A DNA stretch of 20,000 nt from Ancylonema sp. (taxonomy: Eukaryota): positions 47,824 to 67,823 of the forward strand of contig JBFLGF010000138.1 in NCBI GenBank assembly GCA_050230475.1, read 5' to 3'. Shown here piece after piece: positions 19,922 through 20,000 of the stretch (within the stretch, counting starts at the first letter, position 1; the number at the start of each line of letters is the position of its first letter). The position numbers were made by a program, and so were the translations under genes. The notes below the pieces were generated by a model. That model made no database searches, was not told the DNA's origin, and saw only the letters and a list, made by a program, of their open reading frames with translations.

Positions 19922-20000
19922 AACGGTTTTCGGGCGGGCGGGGGATGCTGGCGGGTCGAAGACGGGTGGCTGGTCAGTTTTCAACCCACCCGGAGGTGTC

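Noticed and set aside
1..20000. CRISPR arrays, tRNA/rRNA genes, prokaryotic operons
   Set aside because: No repeat-spacer periodicity or RNA-gene signatures seen. The genes are spliceosomal and eukaryotic. Remaining short ORFs have no recognisable homology.

Overview
Eukaryotic, intron-rich DNA from a green plant, most likely a streptophyte; this is inferred from plant-type protein motifs and the species cannot be named. Left: a complete 9-exon RRP40 (exosome S1/KH subunit) gene on the minus strand (582-3722, 239 aa). It lies head-to-head with a plus-strand GH10 xylanase-like gene, and a 448-bp PIF/Harbinger (Tourist-like) MITE sits between them. Main anomaly: the GH10 gene breaks mid-exon at 6320 (...ITRMFQ) and resumes in register at 15292 (QTELTDPNALLFVNDY...). 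The 8971 bp between the halves lacks a GT donor at the break and looks like genomic DNA from another locus. It starts inside the 3' end of an acyl-CoA thioesterase gene (2 exons, intron retained), carries an intact antisense 4-exon cytochrome b561-domain gene, and ends with a GC hairpin and an in-frame ATG in front of the GH10 C-terminal half. The GH10 protein has Gln in place of the catalytic nucleophile Glu, and the b561 protein appears to lack its fourth heme His. The rest is AT-rich DNA with decayed transposon-like pieces, including a ~2.3-kb inverted-repeat-bounded element at the right end. All family calls come from recalled motifs; no searches were run.
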